Shown here in pieces: positions 57,608 through 64,000 of a stretch of 64,000 nt of DNA. The stretch lies in the IMG/VR virus record IMGVR_UViG_3300017912_002752. One strand, given 5' to 3'. Numbering within the stretch: the first letter of the stretch is position 1; the number at the start of each line of letters is the position of its first letter. Both the position numbers and the translations under genes were made by a program. Below the pieces are notes generated by a model. It searched no databases and was not told the origin of the DNA. It saw only the letters and a list, made by a program, of their open reading frames with translations. This stretch comes from a virus. Taxonomy: Duplodnaviria > Caudoviricetes.

Positions 57608-59328
57608 TAACTTAACATCTTTTCAACTATTTCGATATCTTCAGGATAATCAACTGCGTGTGATACATTCTCTACCATCACCATCTTTACTTTATATCCC
57701 ATTTCTATAAATCTATCAATCTCGATATCTTCTTGAGATTCAAGTGGTGTCTTTTTACCATATTCCCAAAATGATTTTAAATGCTCCCTATTGAATCCAT
57801 AGATACAAACTTGTTTTAGTGGATTACTGGTCGAACCCTGTTTTGTACCTGGGAGTGGACTTCTTGAACACCAAATCAACTCATCATTTAGATTTGTGAT
57901 TACTTTTGGTATCTTTGTATCTTCCACTCTTTCGTGAGGATTAAGTTTCGCCATACAATTTACAATGTGGTCAGGATTATTTATCTTTGCCTCAATCACT
58001 TTTTGGATATCTTCTGGCGATAACATTGGTTCATCACCTTGTACATTGATAATAAAGTCTGCGTCAATCTCTAATGCCGCCTCTGCAACTCTATCTGTTC
58101 CTGTTGGACAATCGTCTGAAGTTAGAATTACTTTCCAACCATGTTCTTTTACAACATCAACGATTTCTTGATTCTCAGTTGCGATGTAAACATTCTCTTG
58201 TCCTACCGCCCACTTCGCAGTTTCAGCTACCCAAAGAATCATCTCTTTTCCATGAATCTTGGCAAGAGGTTTGCCAGGGAATCTTGATGATTTGTATCTT
58301 GCGGGGATAACTACTGCCACTTTAGGTTCTAATACTCCATCAAGTTTCTTCTCGTCAAAACTTACTGATTCAGGAATGTCAAGTAATACATCTTCTATTC
58401 TATTAGGATGTAAAAAAGATTGTTGTAAGTTCTGAGGATACAATGGATGAATATGTTTCAACCCACTAACCATATAATTGTGTGTGAATCCCCACTTATG
58501 TTCTTCCATTAAAGGAATCATCCAATCAGAAATAACTTTTTGTAAAGGTTTACAATTATACTCAGTTTTATCATGTGAAAGAAATTTCATCTTGTCTTTC
58601 GCATATTGATGATAAGTCACAAGTTGTTCGGTTTTTACATTTCCAACTCCCCTACCCATTCCAAGTAAAGTACCATCCAACCAAAGTGCTCCTTCGGATT
58701 CTGCGGCAATACAATTAGCGAATGCAAGACCAAGGTTGTCGTGTGTATGAACCCCAATCTTTGAATCACCTTCAAATAGTTTAACAACTTGTTTTGTTCT
58801 ATCAGGCGTCAATGCACCATACGAATCAGCAAAGTATAAAACAAGAGGGTCTAATCCACTCATTACTTTTACAAAGTCATATATTTGAGTATCAGTCAAT
58901 AAAGTTATACCCATCAGATTTACTATCAAATCATATCCTTTTGCTTTGACATAATCACCAATCTTGACAGAATGGTCTAACTCCGAATACTTTATTGCCA
59001 GACGACAGATGTCAAATGGTGAATCTTCACTATCATGGATAACATCATCAATCAATGAATAATCTACTTCATCATCTTTGATGAAGTCTTTTGCGTCAAT
59101 CATAAACGCAAGTTTCAAGTTTACTGGTTTTCTATAATCTAATACATCCCAAATAAACCTATCGTTACACTTACGATACTTACCACCCTTGACAGGCGAC
59201 TTGTATCCCATTTCCATCACTCCAACTCCTGAAAGGTCAAGGGCTTGTACTAAGTCTTTGACCATCTGAGTGTCAAAGTTCCAATTGGTGTAGTAACCAC
59301 CATCTCTTAATGTACAATCTAATATCAT
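57607..59328 (-). CDS. Fusion: DRE-TIM (HMGL-like) pyruvate aldolase + CMP-Kdo synthetase (KdsB-like)
   Basis: N-terminal LDCTLRDGGY, FADSYG, HTHDNLGLA, GMGRGVGN; C-terminal IPARYKSSRFPGKPLA, TGTDR, NVQGDEP, AVDYPED. Confidence 0.88.
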   Translation of the reverse strand: MILDCTLRDGGYYTNWNFDTQMVKDLVQALDLSGVGVMEMGYKSPVKGGKYRKCNDRFIWDVLDYRKPVNLKLAFMIDAKDFIKDDEVDYSLIDDVIHDSEDSPFDICRLAIKYSELDHSVKIGDYVKAKGYDLIVNLMGITLLTDTQIYDFVKVMSGLDPLVLYFADSYGALTPDRTKQVVKLFEGDSKIGVHTHDNLGLAFANCIAAESEGALWLDGTLLGMGRGVGNVKTEQLVTYHQYAKDKMKFLSHDKTEYNCKPLQKVISDWMIPLMEEHKWGFTHNYMVSGLKHIHPLYPQNLQQSFLHPNRIEDVLLDIPESVSFDEKKLDGVLEPKVAVVIPARYKSSRFPGKPLAKIHGKEMILWVAETAKWAVGQENVYIATENQEIVDVVKEHGWKVILTSDDCPTGTDRVAEAALEIDADFIINVQGDEPMLSPEDIQKVIEAKINNPDHIVNCMAKLNPHERVEDTKIPKVITNLNDELIWCSRSPLPGTKQGSTSNPLKQVCIYGFNREHLKSFWEYGKKTPLESQEDIEIDRFIEMGYKVKMVMVENVSHAVDYPEDIEIVEKMLS

Positions 59329-59380
59329 AGGAAATTGTTAAATTTTCTTTTTGACACACGAATCGTTCCCAAAATGGGAG

Positions 59381-60004
59381 TTACACGAGGGTGTCATAAT
59401 AATCGTTTTGTTTTATTTGTTTTTCAATATCTTTGTGGTGGAACAATGCTAGTTCCTCTACCCAAGGTAAATTTGAAATAGTATCAAACCCATCGAGTTT
59501 CTCGTGTACCTTATTTATCCAACGAATGGATTCGGATTTCTTATAAACTCTCCATTGTGGGTCTGGCCAATTCACTCTACCTTTATCATCAACATTCCAT
59601 TTCCATTTTTGAATGTACTCGTCTGTTAACCCATCTACCAAATTTACTCTCGGTACAAGGATTACATCTACTGAATTCATCTCAAGAATTTGTGGAAGGT
59701 TTTGAATTAGTTCTTCGTTTGGAATCTCATCTGCATCAATCTGAAATATGTAATCACCATTACACAAATCAGTCAACTTGTTTTTCCAATTTGCAAAATG
59801 CCCATCAAACTCACCACTATGCCATGAGTAACTTGGGTTTACTGATTTTGCTCTTAAATATTCCTCTACTTTTTTATCACCATTTTTAGAATCGTATAGT
59901 ATTACTATCTCATCTTCTGGTCTGATGTTATCTAAAAGATATGGAATTAGTTTTTGAATTTCTGTAAATTCATTACAAACTGTAACTGCGTAACTTATTT
60001 TCAT
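59381..60004 (-). CDS. Glycosyltransferase family 2
   Basis: ISYAVTVCNE, FQIDADE, WPDPQWR, KVHE. Confidence 0.88.
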   Translation of the reverse strand: MKISYAVTVCNEFTEIQKLIPYLLDNIRPEDEIVILYDSKNGDKKVEEYLRAKSVNPSYSWHSGEFDGHFANWKNKLTDLCNGDYIFQIDADEIPNEELIQNLPQILEMNSVDVILVPRVNLVDGLTDEYIQKWKWNVDDKGRVNWPDPQWRVYKKSESIRWINKVHEKLDGFDTISNLPWVEELALFHHKDIEKQIKQNDYYDTLV

Positions 60005-60013
60005 AATTTAATT

Positions 60014-60529
60014 TTATAATCCTACGGGTGGAGTATCTTGTGTTGTTTCCAAATCCGTATCATCTTTCCTTACTTGTTCTTCTTGCCTTCTCTTAGACCT
60101 CGGTGATATTTTATCGTAAACACCGAAATCATAATTATACACCGTAACTTGACCTACATTCTTTTCTACTAAAGTTCTGTATCCGTTTTGTAGGTCTTTG
60201 TTTTTTAACTTTGATGTATAAAATTGTTTAGAGTTAACTTCTACTCTTAATTTACTTAAATCTAATTTTCTAATCTTAGGAGTATTACTTGTTACCTCAT
60301 CTAAATCTTCTGCAAGTTTAATAAACTTATCTGGTGCACAATCTTTCAAGTCTAAACAATGAAAGTAATTTTTAAAATTAGGTTGTAGAATAAAGACAAA
60401 CATATCTCTCTGAGTATTGTCTCTTTTCTTATATCTAATCTTAGCAACCATACCTCTCTCTAATTTAGAATTAGAGACTCTTGTAGGGTCTGTCATATTA
60501 CTTCTATGTCTACTTGTATAATCAGGCAT
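60014..60529 (-). CDS. Hypothetical protein (weak resemblance to T4 gp2 DNA end protector)
   Basis: Pattern FVFIL..N..YFHCLDL...GYRTL only. Confidence 0.45.
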   Translation of the reverse strand: MPDYTSRHRSNMTDPTRVSNSKLERGMVAKIRYKKRDNTQRDMFVFILQPNFKNYFHCLDLKDCAPDKFIKLAEDLDEVTSNTPKIRKLDLSKLRVEVNSKQFYTSKLKNKDLQNGYRTLVEKNVGQVTVYNYDFGVYDKISPRSKRRQEEQVRKDDTDLETTQDTPPVGL

Positions 60530-61808
60530 CTTTCTTCTTCAATTTAGGTAACTTTAATCCTACTTGTGTTGGACCTTCACCAACTTTATATTTTTCAAGT
60601 AATTCACCCAACTTAGTTGTCATGTGTTCTTGTGTAAAATTATCTCTAACAAATTGTCTATTCTTACGAGACATCTCTAATGCTTTCTTATAATTTTTAT
60701 ACACAGATTTCAAAACACCAGTTGCTTGTTGGTGGTCTATCTTAAACCACTTTGAACCTTCGATGTTCCATTTATTTCTTGCTGATTTGTGTACTTCTTC
60801 TATCTTACCACCAACTAAGAAGTTAAATGAAGGATTTAAAAAATCTAAGTGACCACTCCATGCTGATGCAATAATAGGTTTACCACTAATACATGCCTCA
60901 AGTAATGGTCTACCAAATCCTTCACCATGAGTAAACGATACATGAGATTTCACTTTTGGATGATTATATACTGAATTCATTTCGTCATCGGTTAAATCAC
61001 CATCTAATATATAAATATTAGGGAAGTTACTTCCACCAATTCTTCTTTTACATCTTTCAATTATCTTTTTAATTCTATGTATATTTGATATGGAAGGATT
61101 TCCATTATTAGTTTTTAGAATCAACGCAGGTTTACTACCACCTCTAAGATTTGTACCTTTAAATGTATTTAAGAAAACTTTTATTAATGAGTATATATTT
61201 TTTCTATCATGTCCATCATCACCAGGCAACCAATGTCCTACAAATAAGAAACAAAATTGTTCAGGTATTTTTTCAAATACTGATTTAACATTGTTATTAA
61301 TAGGTTTTTTGTTGTCATAGATATTCTTATCAAACCCCTCAAACAAAACCTCAACAGGTTTTTCTAATTTCAATTCACCAATCTTTTGTTTAGTTTGGTC
61401 ATTAAGTTTATCATATACTGCACTTAATGTTCTTGCTGAATGAACGGATGATGTTAGGGTTAAATCCATTCTATTACACCCATCAATAAATTCTGCAGAT
61501 GCATCAGAGGTTTCAATAACTGCAGATACACCAATATTAAAATTACCTACTGGCTGAAATTCACTTGGGATAGTTATCTGAATCCATACTTCTGGTTTCT
61601 GTTCTAAGTTATTGATGATTCTTGAAGTTAAATCACTATCTTCTGGTGTTAATGCATTCATAGGACATTGACCCCATCTTTGAGACAAAATTTTAATATC
61701 CCATTCCTCACCTTTTACATCTATTAAGGACCTAACGAAATCTCTACTTCTTGCTCCATAACCACTTCTTGTAGCTACTGGACAACTAATTACACATAAT
61801 TTTTTCAT
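60522..61808 (-). CDS. Glycosyltransferase family 4
   Basis: SGYG, FLFVGHW, RKNI, GEGFGRPLLEA, WSGHLDF. Confidence 0.9.
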   Translation of the reverse strand: MKKLCVISCPVATRSGYGARSRDFVRSLIDVKGEEWDIKILSQRWGQCPMNALTPEDSDLTSRIINNLEQKPEVWIQITIPSEFQPVGNFNIGVSAVIETSDASAEFIDGCNRMDLTLTSSVHSARTLSAVYDKLNDQTKQKIGELKLEKPVEVLFEGFDKNIYDNKKPINNNVKSVFEKIPEQFCFLFVGHWLPGDDGHDRKNIYSLIKVFLNTFKGTNLRGGSKPALILKTNNGNPSISNIHRIKKIIERCKRRIGGSNFPNIYILDGDLTDDEMNSVYNHPKVKSHVSFTHGEGFGRPLLEACISGKPIIASAWSGHLDFLNPSFNFLVGGKIEEVHKSARNKWNIEGSKWFKIDHQQATGVLKSVYKNYKKALEMSRKNRQFVRDNFTQEHMTTKLGELLEKYKVGEGPTQVGLKLPKLKKKDA

Positions 61809-63217
61809 ACTTTGTAAATATCAAATCTTTGTCTTGGTTTCCAATTTTCTAAACATCCATCAATTGCTTCAATGAATTTTTCACCCATTTTTTCTGATGC
61901 CATGTCACCATCGTTCACAATAAAGTCATGACCTTTTTTACCAGCCTCTTCACATCCATCTCTTCCCTTTTCATACCATCGTTGTATTGCCTCACCAATA
62001 TCTTTATATGAACATCTGTCATCGAAAATGTATGGAGTCAAAGGTGAACCTTGTAGTGATAAGTTAGATGGCCATATAGGTTCTACCCACTCACCCCAAG
62101 TTAATTCATCTATGATAGGATTGTCTTTGTCGTGTAGTGACCCAATCTCAACATAATCATCTGCGGTTAAAAACTTACCATTTCTTTTGAATCCACATTG
62201 GTCTTGTAGTCCACCTGTAACATTGACTACAACAGGAGTACCTGCTCTTAGTGCTTCACAAGAACCTAATCCAAACCCTTCATTGGATGCTACATTTAAA
62301 ACTACATCACATGAATTGTAAAACATATTTAGTTGTTCGGTTGAGAGTTTGTCTGTACTAAACCCTACATTACCAAACTTACAATTCATTTTAGCTAACT
62401 CAGGCATATCAGTACCATTGTCATCAATCGGATTTGTATGCATCCACAATAACATTTTCTTATCGGGGTGTTTTGCTGCAAATTGTTCAAATCCAAGAAT
62501 CACATCACCTGGTACTTTTCTACGAATATTTCTATTACACCACCCAACTATAAAATCATAGTCATTAAGTTTATACTTGTCTTTGTATGCTAATAGATTA
62601 GTGTCTGTAATCTCAAGTGGTTTGAATAATGGTGTTACACCATGTGGTATATATTTGTATGCCCAATCTTCTTTTGCCATATCATACCAATCAAGAGTTC
62701 TTTTGTTGATACCATATGTTTGTTTTGAAATACCTAATAGTAAATCACAACTTGCATAAAATGGTGAATTCCAATGTGGGTCTGGTAAAGAGTCCCAAAT
62801 ATTGTAATACATGATTGGACAAACTTGTCTTACCTCAACTTCCATATCATACAACCATCCCCAAAATCTTGGGTCTGTAAAATGTAATATGGCGTCAGGT
62901 TTTTCTATATTGATTAGTTGTCTTAAGATTTCAGGATTACCATAGCCAGTATTTGCGTATATTTTTAGATGTGCATCTTCTACGCCTGTAAACTTTCTTA
63001 TATCATCGTCCAATATGAATTGTTTTCCGTGGTCAGGATGTTTAAGTGCTGCACCTAACTGAACCCAATCATATTTGTGAATAGTAGATACAACAATCTC
63101 TTTAGATTGTGTTGCGATTCCACTATGTAATCTTAAATCATCTGAGAGTAAAAGTATCTTTGGTTTTTTAGGACCATCATTAGATACCTTTCTTAGTTTT
63201 GGTAGTTCTATACTCAT
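61805..63217 (-). CDS. Glycosyltransferase family 4
   Basis: IPHG, NRNIRRK, NEGFGLGSCEA, TGGLQDQ. Confidence 0.9.
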   Translation of the reverse strand: MSIELPKLRKVSNDGPKKPKILLLSDDLRLHSGIATQSKEIVVSTIHKYDWVQLGAALKHPDHGKQFILDDDIRKFTGVEDAHLKIYANTGYGNPEILRQLINIEKPDAILHFTDPRFWGWLYDMEVEVRQVCPIMYYNIWDSLPDPHWNSPFYASCDLLLGISKQTYGINKRTLDWYDMAKEDWAYKYIPHGVTPLFKPLEITDTNLLAYKDKYKLNDYDFIVGWCNRNIRRKVPGDVILGFEQFAAKHPDKKMLLWMHTNPIDDNGTDMPELAKMNCKFGNVGFSTDKLSTEQLNMFYNSCDVVLNVASNEGFGLGSCEALRAGTPVVVNVTGGLQDQCGFKRNGKFLTADDYVEIGSLHDKDNPIIDELTWGEWVEPIWPSNLSLQGSPLTPYIFDDRCSYKDIGEAIQRWYEKGRDGCEEAGKKGHDFIVNDGDMASEKMGEKFIEAIDGCLENWKPRQRFDIYKV

Positions 63218-63244
63218 TCTATAACTTCTTCTTTTTTATTTAAC

Positions 63245-63252
63245 TATAAATA
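63245..63252 (-). promoter_or_regulatory. TATTTATA candidate late-promoter motif heading the glycosyltransferase operon
   Basis: Same motif lies shortly upstream of the genes starting at 14069, 31390, 39323, 40638 and 46026. Confidence 0.45.
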
Positions 63253-63267
63253 TACAAAAAATATTTA

Positions 63268-63612
63268 TTAAATCCTATTATATTCATCAGAAATTCTAAC
63301 AATATCATCTTCACCGAAATATGTACCTGTTTGAACTTCTATAAACTCAACGGGTTCATCAGTTTCGTTCCATGCTCTGTGTTTTGCACCTTTTGGTATT
63401 CTGATGGATTCCCCGTATTCTCTAAATACCTTTTCGTCATCTAAAACTATTGTTAGATTACCTTTCGTAACAATCCAACATTCTTGTCTTAAAAGATGAT
63501 ATTGATACGATAATTTTTGTCCTGGATTTACTGTAATCCTTTTTACTTTTGTTGTTGGGTCATCTAATAGTACCTCGTACTTTCCCCATGGTCTTTCATC
63601 TATTTCATTCAT
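63268..63612 (-). CDS. Mannose-6-phosphate isomerase type II cupin domain
   Basis: ERPWGKY, VNPGQKLSYQYH, KHR, IEVQTGTYFGEDDIVRISD. Confidence 0.9.
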   Translation of the reverse strand: MNEIDERPWGKYEVLLDDPTTKVKRITVNPGQKLSYQYHLLRQECWIVTKGNLTIVLDDEKVFREYGESIRIPKGAKHRAWNETDEPVEFIEVQTGTYFGEDDIVRISDEYNRI

Positions 63613-64000
63613 TGTACAAAACTTGCCTTCTTTTTCCATCTATTTAACAATCTGTTAAAGTGATTAAATTCTTTTCTTGTAATTTCACCGAAATAAACTA
63701 TTTTGTCTGAGTTGTGTACAATACAATCATATTGATGAAGTGGTTGTGTTGGATGATATGGTCTATCATAATATTCATCGTCCATTCCACTATATAATGT
63801 TCTTGAGGTATGTGCAGGATTAAATTCAATATACTTTAGATTCATTTCTAATGCATATTTACGAACCCATTTTTCTACACCATTCTTTTTTCCTCTTGTG
63901 ATAATTGTTAAATCCTCACCAAACTTTTGTTTTAATTTAAAAATGGTCTCTTTTAGTTCACCTCTATTCTCGTATTTTTCATCCCCTATAAGAGCTATCT
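63609..64000 (-). CDS. SLOG-superfamily (YspA/DUF2493-like) protein, 5' end off the window
   Basis: Frame open upstream of the listed ATG: IALIGDEKYEN...IITRGKKNGVEKWVRKYALE... Confidence 0.6.
   Translation of the reverse strand, partial: IALIGDEKYENRGELKETIFKLKQKFGEDLTIITRGKKNGVEKWVRKYALEMNLKYIEFNPAHTSRTLYSGMDDEYYDRPYHPTQPLHQYDCIVHNSDKIVYFGEITRKEFNHFNRLLNRWKKKASFVQ

Overview
This 64-kb window looks like part of a large lytic dsDNA phage of Bacteroidota, probably marine Flavobacteriia. It is AT-rich, densely packed and almost entirely coded on the minus strand. Host evidence: Bacteroidota-type promoters (TTTG-N20-TAnnTT[T/A]N), A-rich ribosome-binding regions without Shine-Dalgarno sites, signal peptides followed by Gln, and a DUF4494 gene. 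No capsid, tail or polymerase gene is recognisable here. The window carries accessory blocks: proteostasis (ClpP, ClpS, Hsp20, GroEL, GroES, a J-domain protein, a MoxR-type AAA+/VWA pair); repair and nucleotide genes (UvsE, ThyA, Nudix, HNH and non-specific nucleases); auxiliary metabolism (MgsA, APS kinase, sulfotransferase, 2OG-Fe(II) oxygenases); a lysis/envelope module; and a ~16-kb glycan-biosynthesis cluster with an aldolase-KdsB fusion and a GT29-like enzyme. Five canonical tRNAs sit in two clusters. The most unusual signals are non-coding. (i) Three tRNA-shaped but non-canonical RNAs lie inside the tRNA operons: a tRNA-Gly(ACC)-like cloverleaf with its invariant loop bases replaced, a 58-nt mini-RNA, and a 148-nt RNA with three T-loop motifs. 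(ii) A ~1-kb ORF-free island (24935-25983) is packed with motifs resembling host DnaA, IHF, MraZ and enhancer-protein binding sites. (iii) Ten promoters share a precisely placed TTAACA-N5-TTAACA upstream repeat. All functional calls come from motif recognition by eye; no database searches were run.
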